Assembly: GCA_965213675.1 (NCBI GenBank)
Contig: OZ243916.1
Location: 288,001 to 352,000 of the forward strand
DNA from: an uncultured Candidatus Binatia bacterium
GTDB taxonomy: Bacteria > Desulfobacterota > Binatia > UBA9968 > JAJDTQ01
Length of the DNA: 64,000 nt
Reading direction: 5' to 3'
The notes beneath the pieces were generated by a model. The model had not been told where the DNA came from. It did no database searches and saw only the letters and a list, made by a program, of their open reading frames with translations. The first letter of the stretch is position 1. Each line of letters starts with the position of its first letter. Of the stretch, positions 38,003-49,289 are shown piece by piece. The position numbers and the translations under genes were made by a program.

Positions 38003-38887
38003 ATGATGAAACCGGCGTCCTTCGAGTATCACGGTCCCGCGACGTTGGCCGAGGCCACATCCTTGCTCGCCGGTCTCGGTGAGGAGGCGCGGGTGCTGGC
38101 CGGCGGCCAGAGCCTGGTGCCGCTGATGAACTTCCGGCTGGCCCGGCCCGCGCATCTGGTGGACTTGAACCGCGTGGCCGAACTGGACTTTTGCGCCATC
38201 GACCGCGGCACGTTGCGCATCGGCGCGATGACGCGGCAGCGCGCGCTTGAACGCTCGCCGGAGGTGGCCGCGGGCTGGCCGCTGCTGCGCGAGGCCGCCG
38301 GTTACATCGGCCACGTGCAGATACGCAACCGCGGCACCGTGGGCGGCAGTCTCGCCCACGCCTTTCCGTCCGCCGAGTTGCCCGTGGCCATGGTCACCCT
38401 GGACGCGGACCTTGTGGTGCGGAGCGAAGGCGGCGAGCGCACCGTGAGCGCGGAGGAGTTTTTTCTCGGCGCCATGACCACGGTGCTGGAGCCGGGGGAG
38501 TTGCTGGCGGAGGCGCGGGTGGGGGCGGTGGCCGCGGGAAGCGGCGCGTCGTTTCACGAAGTAAGCCGTCGCTACGGCGACTTCGCCTTGGCGGGAGCGG
38601 CAGCGCTCGTCACCCTGGACACGAACGGCGCGGTGAGCGGCGCGCGCCTGACGCTCACCGGATCGGCCCCCATACGTGCCCGCGACGCCGAGACGACGCT
38701 GCTGGGTGAGAAGCCCTCGGACGCGCTCTTCCGCGAGGCCGCGCGCCGCGCCGTGAATGGCATCGAGCAGGACTCCGACATGCACGCCAGCGCCGACTAC
38801 CGCCGCCGCGCGTGCGCCGTGATGGCCCGGCGCGCGCTGGCGCGTGCGGCACGGCTGGCCGCGGCCTCGTCCGAGTCCGGCGAGTGA
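38003..38887 (+). CDS. Molybdenum hydroxylase FAD subunit (CoxM/CutM-like)
   Basis: MKPASFEY, LAGGQSL, IRNRGTVGGS, ASADYR. Confidence 0.92.
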   Translation: MMKPASFEYHGPATLAEATSLLAGLGEEARVLAGGQSLVPLMNFRLARPAHLVDLNRVAELDFCAIDRGTLRIGAMTRQRALERSPEVAAGWPLLREAAGYIGHVQIRNRGTVGGSLAHAFPSAELPVAMVTLDADLVVRSEGGERTVSAEEFFLGAMTTVLEPGELLAEARVGAVAAGSGASFHEVSRRYGDFALAGAAALVTLDTNGAVSGARLTLTGSAPIRARDAETTLLGEKPSDALFREAARRAVNGIEQDSDMHASADYRRRACAVMARRALARAARLAAASSESGE

Positions 38888-38922
38888 ATGGGGTGTTTCA
38901 GGCACGGGAGCGGGGATTGAGC

Positions 38923-39396
38923 ATGGGCAAGATTGCGTTACGCATTAACGGTGTGGAGCGCAGCGGTGAGGCCGAGCCGCGCAGGCTCTTGTGTGACTTC
39001 ATCCGCGACGACCTGGAACTGACTGGCACCCATGTGGGCTGCGAGCACGGCGTGTGCGGCGCCTGCACGGTGTTGCTGAACGGCGACCCGGTGCGTTCCT
39101 GCCTGATGTTCGCGGTGCAGGCCGACGGCGCCGAGATCGAAACCGTGGAGGGTCTGGCGCCGGACGCGGAAACGCTGCACCCGCTGCAGGAGAAGTTCCA
39201 GGAACGGCACGGACTCCAGTGCGGCTTCTGCACGCCGGGCATCCTGCTGACGGCCCGGGCGCTGCTGCGGGAGAATCCCGATCCCGGCGAAACCGAGATC
39301 CGCGAGTGGATCAGCGGCAACCTGTGCCGCTGCACGGGTTACAAGAACATCGTGACGGCCATTCGCGACGCCGCGGAAGAGATGTCGAAAGGGTAA
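38923..39396 (+). CDS. Molybdenum hydroxylase 2Fe-2S subunit (CoxS-like)
   Basis: GCEHGVCGACT, SC, QCGFCTPG, NLCRCTGY. Confidence 0.94.
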   Translation: MGKIALRINGVERSGEAEPRRLLCDFIRDDLELTGTHVGCEHGVCGACTVLLNGDPVRSCLMFAVQADGAEIETVEGLAPDAETLHPLQEKFQERHGLQCGFCTPGILLTARALLRENPDPGETEIREWISGNLCRCTGYKNIVTAIRDAAEEMSKG

Positions 39397-39527
39397 CGTG
39401 CGCGGCAAACCCGGATCGCTTGCGCCGCCCAGATGTTTGTCGTGAACGTCATCGAGAACGGTGACCGCATCATGGCCCGCCTTGGCATCTGACAGAGGGG
39501 TCGAACCCGCCCGCCCACGAGGTACAC

Positions 39528-41831
39528 ATGCCCTACATCGGCTCCAGCGTGAAGCGCAGGGAAGACGTGCCCCTCCTCAGGGGCGCCGCCAGGTACGTCG
39601 GCGACATCCGCCGGCCGGGCATGGTGCACGCCGCGATCCTGCGCAGCACCCGCGCCCACGCCCGACTTTCCGGCATCGACGCCTCCGCGGCCTTGGCGCT
39701 GCCCGGCGTCGTGGGCGTGCTCACGTCGGCGGACATGCCCGGCCTCAAGACCATTCCCATGCGCACCAGCCAGTTGCCCGGCCTGGAGCGCTCGCAGCAG
39801 ACGCCCATCGCCACGGACCGCGTGCGCTACGTGGGTGAGCCCGTGGCCGTGGTGGTGGCGCAAGATCGCTACGTGGCCGAGGACGCGCTGGAATTGGTGG
39901 AGGTGTTCTACGAAGAGCTGCCGGCGGTGACCGGCGCCCGCGCCGCCATGGCGCCAGACGCGCCCCGGCTCCATGAAGCGGTGCCGGGAAACGCGCCCGC
40001 CGGGTTTCAGGTGGAGAGGGGAGACGTGACGCGCGCGTTGGCTGAGTGCGACCTTGTCATCGAGGAAACCTTCGAGACCAATCGTCATGCCGCGGTGCCG
40101 CTCGAAACCCGTGGCCTGGTGGCGGAGTACGACGAAAGCCGCGGCATGCTCACGGTGTGGGGTCCCACCAAGATGACCCACACCAACTGGCGCATTCTCT
40201 CGGAACTCAGCGGCTTGCCCCAGAGCGCGATCCATTTCATCGAGCCGACGGTGGGCGGCGGTTTTGGCGCCCGGGGCGAGTTCTACCCCGAAGACTTCCT
40301 GATTCCCTTTGCCGCCATGCGCTTCCGCGCGCCCGTGTGCTGGATCGAGGACCGCTCGGAGCATCTCAAGGCCACCAACCATTCACGGCAGCAGTCCTAT
40401 CGGGTGCGGCTGGGCCTCCGCAACGACGGCGCCATCATGGCCATGGACGCGGATATCCTGTTCGACATGGGCGGCTACACGCGCACCCACGGCGGCACGC
40501 CCATCGTGTCGTCATCCGCCATGCTCCAGGGGCCGCTGCGCATTCCGAACTACCGCTGCGAGATCCATTGCGTGCTCACCAACAAGACTCCGGTGGGCAC
40601 CTACCGGAGCCCGGGCCGTTACGAGGCCAACTTCGTGCGCGAGCGGCTCCTGGACATGGCGGCTCATCGCCTCGGGCTCGATCCCGCTGAGCTGCGGCGG
40701 CGCAACATGATCCGCCCGGAGGAAATGCCCTACGACCTCGGCCGGAACCCGTACCACTACAACGTGTACGACAGCGGCGATCTGCCGGGGCAACTCGACG
40801 CGGCCTTGCGCCACATGGACTACGAGGAGCTTCAGCGCCGGTGCGCGGCGGCCCGGGCCGAGGGCCGGGCCATGGGCGTGGGCATCGGCTGCTTCGTGGA
40901 GACCAGCGGCATCGGACCCTGGGAGTACGCCCGGGTGGAGGTGGGCAACACCGGCGGCGTGGTGCTCTACTGCGGCATCAATTCCGTGGGACAGGGCATC
41001 GATACCGCGCTGAGCCAGATCGTCGCCGACGAGATGAGCGTTGCCATCGACGAGGTGCGGGTGGTGCACGGCGATACCGCCAAGGTGCCCTACGGCAACG
41101 GCAGCAACGCCAGCCGCTCCACGGTCATGGGCGGCAGCGCCGCCGTGGGCGCGTGCCGGAAGGTCAGGGACAAGCTCCTGCGGCTGGCCGCGGCGGAGTT
41201 GGAGATCGACGCGGGCGATCTCGTGCTGGCGGACGGACGCATCAGCGCCAAGGGGGCGCCGGGGCGCAGTCTGGACTTTGCCGCCCTGGCGCGGCTGGCA
41301 CTGCCGGGACCGGCGCTGGCACGGGGCTTCACCCCCGGCATCTCGGAGGAGCACTTCTTCGCCACCGACAAGCGGCCGTTCCCTTACGGCGTCCATGTGG
41401 CCCTGGTGGAGGTGGACCGGGAGACGGGCATGATCGAGATCCTGGACTACCTCGTGATGGAAGACATCGGTCGCAAGATCAACCCCATGATCGTCGAAGG
41501 CCAGATGGCCGGCGGCCTGGCCCAGGGCATCGGCGGCGCGCTGCTGGAAGAGTTCGCCTACGATCAGGACGGCCAGCCCCAGGCCACGAGCTTCATGGAC
41601 TACCTCTTGCCCACGGCCATGGACATACCCCAGGGCCGGTTTATCTCCACCGAAAACTTCCCGTCGCCCCACAACCCATTGGGGGTCAAGGGAGCCGGGG
41701 AGGGCGGCATCACGGCCGCCGGCGCCGCCCTCGCCAACGCCGTTTCCCACGCCCTTGGGGTGGAGGTGACGCGCCTGCCGCTCAAGCCGGGCTATCTGCT
41801 GGAACTCATGGACGCCGCGGAGAAGGGCTGA
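39528..41831 (+). CDS. Molybdenum hydroxylase large subunit (CoxL/xanthine-oxidase family, not form I CODH)
   Basis: VGGGFG, GQG, KGAGE. Active-site loop reads TYRSPGR. Confidence 0.92.
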   Translation: MPYIGSSVKRREDVPLLRGAARYVGDIRRPGMVHAAILRSTRAHARLSGIDASAALALPGVVGVLTSADMPGLKTIPMRTSQLPGLERSQQTPIATDRVRYVGEPVAVVVAQDRYVAEDALELVEVFYEELPAVTGARAAMAPDAPRLHEAVPGNAPAGFQVERGDVTRALAECDLVIEETFETNRHAAVPLETRGLVAEYDESRGMLTVWGPTKMTHTNWRILSELSGLPQSAIHFIEPTVGGGFGARGEFYPEDFLIPFAAMRFRAPVCWIEDRSEHLKATNHSRQQSYRVRLGLRNDGAIMAMDADILFDMGGYTRTHGGTPIVSSSAMLQGPLRIPNYRCEIHCVLTNKTPVGTYRSPGRYEANFVRERLLDMAAHRLGLDPAELRRRNMIRPEEMPYDLGRNPYHYNVYDSGDLPGQLDAALRHMDYEELQRRCAAARAEGRAMGVGIGCFVETSGIGPWEYARVEVGNTGGVVLYCGINSVGQGIDTALSQIVADEMSVAIDEVRVVHGDTAKVPYGNGSNASRSTVMGGSAAVGACRKVRDKLLRLAAAELEIDAGDLVLADGRISAKGAPGRSLDFAALARLALPGPALARGFTPGISEEHFFATDKRPFPYGVHVALVEVDRETGMIEILDYLVMEDIGRKINPMIVEGQMAGGLAQGIGGALLEEFAYDQDGQPQATSFMDYLLPTAMDIPQGRFISTENFPSPHNPLGVKGAGEGGITAAGAALANAVSHALGVEVTRLPLKPGYLLELMDAAEKG

Positions 41832-41969
41832 GTGCCGGCAACCCCGAATCCGGCGCTCTACGCGGGTGCTCGGTGAGCGTGGGATCATCCTGGCAGCATT
41901 GCTACGTCCATTGCATTGCTATGCCCATTGTATTGTCGTAGACATGAATCAGACGCTGGTGGGTGTCAC

Positions 41970-42761
41970 ATGGATGCGCTTGAACTACGGCAGCGTTTGG
42001 CGGTTGCGGCGAGTTCGTTGCGGAGTTGTCTGGAACAGCAGCAGGCGGCGGGGATCACGTTCCTGCCGGTGGGGGGGCGCGTGGAAACCGATGTTCCTGA
42101 TCGGTCGCCCACCGGGGGCCAGGGCGGTGAAGACGCCACCGCCGCAGCGCCGGGCAGCGCGGTTGCGGCGACGGCGACCGGGGGCCACGAGGTTGCGGCG
42201 GCCGCGGATCTTGACGCGCTGCGCGGCATCCTGGGCGACTGCCGGCGCTGCAAGCTTTCCCAAGGGCGCAACCGCATCGTCTACGGCGTCGGCCGGGCGG
42301 ACGCGGATATCATGTTCATCGGCGAAGGGCCGGGCGAGGACGAGGACCGGCAGGGTGAGCCCTTTGTGGGACGCGCGGGGCAGTTGCTTACCGACATCAT
42401 CACCAAGGGGATGAGGCTACGGCGCGAGGACGTGTACATTGCCAACGTGGTCAAGTGCCGCCCGCCGCGCAACCGCGACCCGGAGCCGGACGAGGTGGCG
42501 GCTTGCGAACCGTTCCTGATCCGGCAGATCGAGTTGGTGCGGCCGCGGGTGATCATCGCCTTGGGGCGGGCCGCGGCGCAGACGCTGCTGCGCTCCAACG
42601 AGGCGATCTCGCGTCTGCGCGGGCATTGGCGCGACTACCACGGCATCCGGCTGATGCCGACGTTTCATCCGGCGTACCTGTTGCGCAATCCGGGGGACAA
42701 GAGGCTTGTCTGGGAAGACATCAAGAGCGTGCTGCGGGAGCTCGGGACGGCGGCGGACTGA
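41970..42761 (+). CDS. Family 4 uracil-DNA glycosylase
   Basis: [30 protein letters not shown]. Confidence 0.92.
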   Translation: MDALELRQRLAVAASSLRSCLEQQQAAGITFLPVGGRVETDVPDRSPTGGQGGEDATAAAPGSAVAATATGGHEVAAAADLDALRGILGDCRRCKLSQGRNRIVYGVGRADADIMFIGEGPGEDEDRQGEPFVGRAGQLLTDIITKGMRLRREDVYIANVVKCRPPRNRDPEPDEVAACEPFLIRQIELVRPRVIIALGRAAAQTLLRSNEAISRLRGHWRDYHGIRLMPTFHPAYLLRNPGDKRLVWEDIKSVLRELGTAAD

Positions 42762-42762
42762 C

Positions 42763-44106
42763 GTGACGCGCTTGCGTTCGCTGTTGGGGGTGCGGTTCTG
42801 GTGCGCGCTGCTGCTGGCGGCGCTGGGCGTGGGCGCTCTGAGCGCCGGGGGCGCCGCGCGCGAGGCCACGCCCCAGAGCGCCACGGGTTCCCATGTGAAT
42901 CTCATCGTCATTGACGGCGGCATCAACCCGGCGGTCAACGACTACATTCGCGACAGCATCCAGCGGGCGCACGCGGGCAACGCCCGCGCGCTGATCATCC
43001 AGCTCGACACTCCGGGGGGACTGTTGTCTTCCACCCGTTCCATCGTCAAGGAAATGCTGAGCGCGCCGCTGCCGGTGATCGTCTACGTGGCGCCCAGCGG
43101 CGCGGGCGCGGGCTCGGCCGGGGTCTTCATCACCCTGGCCGCCAACGTCGCCGCCATGGCGCCCGGCACCAACATCGGCGCGGCCCATCCGGTGGCGGGC
43201 GGAGGACAGGAAGTCAAGGGCGTCATGGGCGAGAAGCTCGAGAACTTCACCGCCTCCTTCAGCGAGACCATCGCCCAGCGGCGCGGCCGCGACACCGAGT
43301 TCGCCATCCAGGCGGTGCGCCGGAGCGTCTCCATCACCGACAAGGAAGCGCTGGAGAAGGGCGTCATCGACATCATGGCGGTGGACGTGAGCGACCTGCT
43401 CAAGCAGGCCCACGGGCGCGAGGTGGATGTGGCCGGCGCCATGCGGACGCTGGACTTCGACGGCGTGTCGGTGCTGCGCTTCGAGATGGGGCTCAAGCTC
43501 AAGGTGCTCAACGTCCTGGCGGATCCCAATATCGCCTACCTGCTGATGATGGCCGGCATCCTCGGCCTGTACATGGAGTTCTCCAACCCGGGCGCGCTTT
43601 TCCCGGGTATCGCCGGGGGCATCGCGCTGCTGCTGGCATTGGCGTCCTTGCAGGTGCTGCCCATCAACTACGCGGGACTGCTGCTCATCGGCCTCGGCAT
43701 GTGTCTGCTGGTGGCGGAGGCGTTCCTGCCGAGCTTCGGGCTTCTGGGCATCAGCGGCGTGGTGTCCCTGGGGCTGGGCTCCCTGTTGTTGTTCGATGTC
43801 GAAGGATCGGACCTCACGGTGGACCCGGGCATCGTGCTGGCGGCGGTGGGCACCTTGAGCGCGGCGGTGCTGGTGGTCACCTTCCTGGTGGTCCGGTCCC
43901 AGCGGCGCAGGGCCACCCTGGGCTACGAGGGGCTCGTGGGCGAGGTCGGCGAGGTGCGCGAGCGGCTGGACCGGAAGGGTAGGGTGTTCGTGCACGGCGA
44001 GGTGTGGAGCGCCGAGGGCGCGGAGCGGCTGGAGCCCGGCGACCGTATCGAGGTCGTCGGTCACGACGGGATGATTCTCAAGGTCAAGCGCGCCGTGGAG
44101 AGCTGA
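42763..44106 (+). CDS. nfeD: NfeD membrane serine protease (long form)
   Basis: [21 protein letters not shown] block, C-terminal VHGEVW OB domain. Confidence 0.9.
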   Translation: MTRLRSLLGVRFWCALLLAALGVGALSAGGAAREATPQSATGSHVNLIVIDGGINPAVNDYIRDSIQRAHAGNARALIIQLDTPGGLLSSTRSIVKEMLSAPLPVIVYVAPSGAGAGSAGVFITLAANVAAMAPGTNIGAAHPVAGGGQEVKGVMGEKLENFTASFSETIAQRRGRDTEFAIQAVRRSVSITDKEALEKGVIDIMAVDVSDLLKQAHGREVDVAGAMRTLDFDGVSVLRFEMGLKLKVLNVLADPNIAYLLMMAGILGLYMEFSNPGALFPGIAGGIALLLALASLQVLPINYAGLLLIGLGMCLLVAEAFLPSFGLLGISGVVSLGLGSLLLFDVEGSDLTVDPGIVLAAVGTLSAAVLVVTFLVVRSQRRRATLGYEGLVGEVGEVRERLDRKGRVFVHGEVWSAEGAERLEPGDRIEVVGHDGMILKVKRAVES

Positions 44107-44135
44107 TCGAGCCCGCGGCCGCGCAGGAGACACGC

Positions 44136-44900
44136 ATGCTGGATTTCGGACCCATAGTGATCGTACTGATCATCGTGGCCGGGTTGGCCGTCAGCGGCAT
44201 CAAGATTCTCAAGGAATACGAACGCGGCGTGATCTTCCGGCTGGGCCGGATGGTGAACTCCCGCGGCCCTGGGATCATCTACGTGATCCCCTTCATCGAA
44301 AAGATGGAACGGGTGGAGCTCAGGACCGTGACCATGGACGTCCCCTCTCAGGACGTGATCACCCGTGACAACGTCTCGGTGAAGGTCAACGCGGTGCTCT
44401 ACTTCAGGGTGCTCGATCCCAACCGCGCCATCCTCGAGGTGGCCAACTACCTCTTCGCCACGTCGCAACTGGCCCAGGTGACGCTCCGGAGCATCTGCGG
44501 CCAGGCGGAACTGGACCAGCTCCTGTCGGAACGGGAGCGCATCAACTCCGACATCCAGAAGATTCTGGACGAGCAGACCGACCCCTGGGGCATCAAGGTG
44601 GTGCTGACCGAGTTGAAGCACATCGACCTCCCGGAGGAGATGCAACGCGCCATGGCCCGGCAGGCCGAGGCCGAGCGCGAGCGGCGCGCCAAGATCATCC
44701 TGGCCGACGGCGAGTTTCAGGCCTCCCAGAAACTCCAGGAAGCCGCCGCCGTCATCGCCAAGGAACCCATGGCCATGCAGCTTCGTTTTCTGCAGAGTCT
44801 CCAGGAAGTGGCCGGTGACAAGAACTCCACCACCATCTTTCCGGTGCCCATCGACCTGCTCACGCCGTTCCTGAAGAAGGCCGCCGGGGAGGATACCTGA
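44136..44900 (+). CDS. SPFH/stomatin (slipin) protein
   Basis: [35 protein letters not shown]. Confidence 0.93.
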   Translation: MLDFGPIVIVLIIVAGLAVSGIKILKEYERGVIFRLGRMVNSRGPGIIYVIPFIEKMERVELRTVTMDVPSQDVITRDNVSVKVNAVLYFRVLDPNRAILEVANYLFATSQLAQVTLRSICGQAELDQLLSERERINSDIQKILDEQTDPWGIKVVLTELKHIDLPEEMQRAMARQAEAERERRAKIILADGEFQASQKLQEAAAVIAKEPMAMQLRFLQSLQEVAGDKNSTTIFPVPIDLLTPFLKKAAGEDT

Positions 44901-44929
44901 GTCGGCCGCTGATCCGTTCCCCGTAAGCC

Positions 44930-45967
44930 ATGCTGCTGGAAGAACTCGCCTACGACCTTCCTGAATCACTGATCTCTGCGTACCCGGCCGAGGGTCGCGT
45001 GTCCGCGCGCCTCATGGTGGTGGATCGCGCGTCAGGCGCCATCACCCACTCGCGTTTCGCGTCTCTCGGCGAGTTTCTGTCGCCGAGAGACCTGCTGGTG
45101 CTCAACGATTCCAAGGTCATCCCCGCGCGCCTGGAGGGGCGCAAGGACAGCGGGGGGCGCGCGACGGTGCTGCTGGTGGAGCCGTTCGATGTGGAGCAGG
45201 GGCTTTGGCTCGCCTTGGTCGATGCCTCCAAAAAGCCGCGCCTGGGGAGCCGCATCGCATTCTCCGAGACGGTCGAGGCGACGGTGTTGGGCGATCTCGG
45301 CGCGGGCCGGTACGGCCTTCGCTTCGAGCATCCTGGCGGGTTCCACGAGATGCTGGAAGAAATCGGCGCGCCACCGCTGCCGCACTATATCGAACGGCTG
45401 CGGCCCGTGGAGGACACGGACCGGGAGAGCTACCAGACCGTTTATGCCGCGGCGCCCGGCTCGGTGGCGGCGCCGACCGCGGGGCTTCATTTCACCCGCG
45501 CGCTCCTGGACGAGCTGGCTGCCGGCGGCATCGACCACGTGACCGTGACCCTGCACGTGGGCCTGGGCACGTTTCGCCCGGTACGCGACGCCGTGGTGGA
45601 GAACCATCGCATGGATGGAGAGTGGTATACCTTGAGCGAAACCGCGGCCCGGCGCATTCGCCGCGCCGCGGCGGAAGGAAAGCGCGTGGTGGCGGTGGGC
45701 TCCACCAGCACGCGCACACTGGAAAGCGTGGTCGCGCGCAAGGGCAGGGTCGCCGCCGATGCCGGCATCACGCGCCTGTTCATCACCGCCGGCTATCGCT
45801 TCCGCGCCATCGACGCCCTCATCACCAACTTTCACCTGCCGCGCTCCACGCCGCTGGCCATGGTGGCCGCGCTGGCAGGGCTGGATCTGGTGCGCCGCGC
45901 CTACACCGAAGCCGTCGCCGAGGGTTACCGGTTTTACAGCTACGGCGATGCCATGCTGATTCTCTAG
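44930..45967 (+). CDS. queA: S-adenosylmethionine:tRNA ribosyltransferase-isomerase
   Basis: YQTVYA, AAPTAGLHF, LHVG.GTF, TNFHLP, YRFYSYGD. Confidence 0.96.
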   Translation: MLLEELAYDLPESLISAYPAEGRVSARLMVVDRASGAITHSRFASLGEFLSPRDLLVLNDSKVIPARLEGRKDSGGRATVLLVEPFDVEQGLWLALVDASKKPRLGSRIAFSETVEATVLGDLGAGRYGLRFEHPGGFHEMLEEIGAPPLPHYIERLRPVEDTDRESYQTVYAAAPGSVAAPTAGLHFTRALLDELAAGGIDHVTVTLHVGLGTFRPVRDAVVENHRMDGEWYTLSETAARRIRRAAAEGKRVVAVGSTSTRTLESVVARKGRVAADAGITRLFITAGYRFRAIDALITNFHLPRSTPLAMVAALAGLDLVRRAYTEAVAEGYRFYSYGDAMLIL

Positions 45968-46059
45968 TCTTGCGTTCGGCATAGACGTTGACGAAGCTGC
46001 GCAGGAATTTTTGTTGTCGGCAAGGCGCGATGACGAGCACTGGCGTGTACCACGCGAGG
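45964..46059 (+). mobile_element. Truncated, diverged copy of the CTAG MITE-like element
   Basis: CTAG (containing the queA stop), then core CGGCAAGGCGCGATGACGAGCACTGGCGTGTACCACGCGAGG at the same 54-bp offset as in 13574-13738. Confidence 0.7.
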
Positions 46060-46089
46060 CCTGCCCCGGAGCCACCTCGGACTGACACC

Positions 46090-47196
46090 ATGAAATTCAC
46101 CGTGACCCACACCCACGGCCGGGCGCGCAGCGGCCTTCTGGAGACCGCCCACGGCGTGGTGGAGACGCCGGCGTTCATGCCGGTGGGCACCCGCGGGGCG
46201 GTCAAGGCGCTGTCGCCGCGGGAACTTCGGGAGGTGTCGAGCCAGATCATCCTGTGCAACACGTACCACCTGTACATGCGCCCGGGGGAGGAGTTGATCC
46301 GGGACTTGGGGGGGCTGCATGCGTTCATGGGCTGGGACGGGCCGATCCTGACCGACAGCGGCGGCTACCAGGTGCTGAGCCTGGCGGCCATGCGCAGGAT
46401 TACCGAGGAGGGGGTGTCGTTCCGCTCCCACCTGGACGGCTCGTCGCACTTCCTCACGCCGGAGAAGGTGGTGGGCATCCAGCAGGCGTTGGGGGTGGAC
46501 GTGGCCATGGTGCTGGACGAATGCATCCCCTACCCGTCGAGCCGGGAGTACGTGAAGGCGTCCACCGACCGGACCGTGCGCTGGGCGCGGCGCTCGCTGG
46601 AGGCGCCGCGCTCAGCGGATGGCGCGCTCTTCGGGATCGTGCAGGGCGGGGTGTTCAAGGACTTGCGCGAGGATTGCGCGGCGCGGCTCGCCGCTCTTCC
46701 GTTCGACGGCTATGCCGCCGGCGGCCTGGGGATCGGCGAAGGGCCGGCGCTGCTGGCGGAGGTCGCCGGCTTCACCGCGGCACGGATGCCGGAGGACCGG
46801 CCGCGCTACCTCATGGGCCTCGGCAAGCCCGAAGACTTGATTCACGGGGTCCGCTCCGGCTATGATCTGTTCGATTGCGTTCTGCCGACGAGGAATGCCA
46901 GGAACGGCACGTTATACACCGCCACCGGAAAGCTCAGTATCAAGAATGCGGCTTTCGCGCGGGATCCGCGTCCCGTGGACGAAAGCTGCCCGTGCTACGG
47001 TTGTCGAAATTTTTCGCGTGCCTATCTTCGCCACCTCTACGTGGCCGGCGAAATCCTCGCGGCCTGCCTGAACACGCTGCACAACGTCTGCTATTACCAG
47101 AGGCTGATGACGGAACTGCGCGGGGCCGTTCGGGAGCGGTCGAGTCTGGAGAGCGTCGCGGGCGGCATATGGGATTTGCCCGACCCCGTGGCGTAA
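46090..47196 (+). CDS. tgt: tRNA-guanine transglycosylase
   Basis: TPAFMPVGT, NTYHL, TDSGG, FDCVLPTR, CPCYGC. Confidence 0.96.
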   Translation: MKFTVTHTHGRARSGLLETAHGVVETPAFMPVGTRGAVKALSPRELREVSSQIILCNTYHLYMRPGEELIRDLGGLHAFMGWDGPILTDSGGYQVLSLAAMRRITEEGVSFRSHLDGSSHFLTPEKVVGIQQALGVDVAMVLDECIPYPSSREYVKASTDRTVRWARRSLEAPRSADGALFGIVQGGVFKDLREDCAARLAALPFDGYAAGGLGIGEGPALLAEVAGFTAARMPEDRPRYLMGLGKPEDLIHGVRSGYDLFDCVLPTRNARNGTLYTATGKLSIKNAAFARDPRPVDESCPCYGCRNFSRAYLRHLYVAGEILAACLNTLHNVCYYQRLMTELRGAVRERSSLESVAGGIWDLPDPVA

Positions 47197-47254
47197 CGGC
47201 ATGGCCAGCCCGGATGACGGGCAGCCGTGGCACCGAATAGCCTTGGAGGAAACC

Positions 47255-47596
47255 ATGTGGGAAGTCGCGTACGCGCAGGCCGGAGGGGGGCCCAGCACCT
47301 TCGTCAGCATGTTGCCCCTGGTGCTGATTTTCGCGGTCTTCTACTTCCTCTTGATCCGGCCGCAGCAGCGCAAGGCCAAGGACCACCGCAACATGCTGGC
47401 GCAACTCAAGCGCAACGACGAGGTCATGACCACGGGCGGCGTGTTTGGAAAGATCCTGGGGCTGACGGATACCGAGGTGACCCTCGAAGTGGCCCCCAAC
47501 GTCAAGATCAGGGTGGGCCGGAGTTATATCGCCCAGCTTTTCCGAGTCGAGAAAACGACCGCAGCGACCGGGGCCAAGGAGGCCAAGGGCAAGTAG
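47255..47596 (+). CDS. yajC: Preprotein translocase subunit YajC
   Basis: FYFLLIRPQQR, V.TTGG. Sits between tgt and secD. Confidence 0.93.
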   Translation: MWEVAYAQAGGGPSTFVSMLPLVLIFAVFYFLLIRPQQRKAKDHRNMLAQLKRNDEVMTTGGVFGKILGLTDTEVTLEVAPNVKIRVGRSYIAQLFRVEKTTAATGAKEAKGK

Positions 47597-47649
47597 GGCG
47601 CCCTCCGCCGGGTCTCCGGCGGCAGTGAACTCCGGTTGGGGAAACAAGC

Positions 47650-49233
47650 ATGCGTCAAAGTCTAGCCTTTCGTCTGGTCCTGTTGGTGGTCTGCATGGTT
47701 GCGGCCGGGGCGTATCTCGCTCCCAGCTTCGTGCAGGGTCTGTGGTTCCTGCCCGAGAAAGGCATTCGCCTCGGTCTGGACCTTCAGGGCGGCTCACACC
47801 TGGTGCTGGAGGTGGAGGTGGAGAAGGCGGTGGAGAACCGCATGAGGCGGGTGCGCAGCGGTCTCAGGGACGAGCTGCGCGAACGCAATATCGTCTTCAC
47901 CGGCCTCGAGGTCGGCGGCGCCGGGGAACTCGTCGTCCGGGCCTCGCCGGAGAACATGGAGCGTATCCGGGAGTTGCTCGTCGCCGAGTATCCGGTGCTG
48001 GATGTGTCCGGTTCCAGCACGGCCGCGGGCGGCGCCGAGTTGCGTGCAGAATTCACCGAGCGGGAACTCGCCAACATCCGTGACTTCGCGGTGGATCAGA
48101 CGCTGGAGACCATCCGCAACCGCATCGACCAGTTCGGCGTCACCGAGCCCACCATCCAGCGCCAGGGGCAGCGGGACATCCTCGTGCAACTCCCGGGAAT
48201 CCAGGATCCGGAACGGGCCAAGGCGCTCATCGGCAAGACCGCGCTGCTGGAGTTCAAGCTTGTGGACGAGCGCGGCGATGTGGAGCAGGCGGTGCGTTCC
48301 GGGCCGCCGCCGGGGCGCGAGGTGCTGTACGGCTACGAGGGCACGGATTCGTCGGTGCGGCGCGAAAAGATTCCCTATCTGCTGGAGGCGCGTACGCTGA
48401 TGACCGGCGAGGCCATTGCGGACGCCAACGTGCGCCGGGGCGACCAGCTCGAGGGGCTGTACGTCGAGTTGGCGCTCAACTCCGTGGGCAGCACCGCCTT
48501 CGACCGCCTGACTGCGGAGAACGTCGGCCGCCTGCTGGCCATCGTCCTGGACGGCCGGGTCTACTCGGCGCCCCAGATCCGCGAGCGCATCTCCGGCGGG
48601 GTGGCCTCCATCACCGGCAGCTACAACTTCCAGGAGGCTCGGGACCTGGCCATCGTGTTGCGCGCGGGCGCGTTGCCTGCGCCGGTGCAGATCCTGGAGG
48701 AGCGCACGGTGGGTCCGTCCCTCGGGCGGGATTCGGTGCGGCAGGGGATCGTGTCCTTCATCCTCGGAAGCATCCTGGTGCTCATCTTCATGATGGCCTA
48801 CTACCGCGGCGCGGGTATTTTGGCGGACGTGGCGCTGGTGCTGAACATTTTCTTCATGATGGCGATTCTCGCGGGTTTCGAAGCGGTCCTGACCCTGCCC
48901 GGCATCGCCGGCATCATCCTCACCATGGGCATGGCCGTGGACGCCAACGTGCTCATCAACGAGCGCATCCGCGAGGAAGTGCGCAACGGGAAACCGCCGC
49001 GCACGGCCATCGACACGGGTTACGAGCGCGCCATACCGGCCATCCTCGACTCCAACCTCACCACGTTCCTGGCCGGGGTGATCCTGTTCCAGTTCGGCAC
49101 CGGCCCTGTGCGCGGCTTCGCCGTGACCCTGTGCGTGGGCATCCTCACCACGGTGATCTCCGCGGTGTACGGAACACGCATCTACTACGACTATCGCCTC
49201 ACCCGGCGGAACTTGGTGCGGCTGTCGGTGTAG
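47650..49233 (+). CDS. secD: Protein translocase subunit SecD
   Basis: LGLDLQGG, LRAGALPAP, VGPSLG, GMAVDANVLINERI. Confidence 0.96.
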   Translation: MRQSLAFRLVLLVVCMVAAGAYLAPSFVQGLWFLPEKGIRLGLDLQGGSHLVLEVEVEKAVENRMRRVRSGLRDELRERNIVFTGLEVGGAGELVVRASPENMERIRELLVAEYPVLDVSGSSTAAGGAELRAEFTERELANIRDFAVDQTLETIRNRIDQFGVTEPTIQRQGQRDILVQLPGIQDPERAKALIGKTALLEFKLVDERGDVEQAVRSGPPPGREVLYGYEGTDSSVRREKIPYLLEARTLMTGEAIADANVRRGDQLEGLYVELALNSVGSTAFDRLTAENVGRLLAIVLDGRVYSAPQIRERISGGVASITGSYNFQEARDLAIVLRAGALPAPVQILEERTVGPSLGRDSVRQGIVSFILGSILVLIFMMAYYRGAGILADVALVLNIFFMMAILAGFEAVLTLPGIAGIILTMGMAVDANVLINERIREEVRNGKPPRTAIDTGYERAIPAILDSNLTTFLAGVILFQFGTGPVRGFAVTLCVGILTTVISAVYGTRIYYDYRLTRRNLVRLSV

Positions 49234-49289
49234 CGCGGAGCAGGGGCGAGGCGGCCGCGAACTACGACGGATTGAACTGAGAAGACCAC

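Noticed and set aside
39528-41831. True aerobic CO dehydrogenase (form I coxL)
   Set aside because: Lacks the AYRCSFR Cu-binding loop and has no coxDEFG accessory genes.
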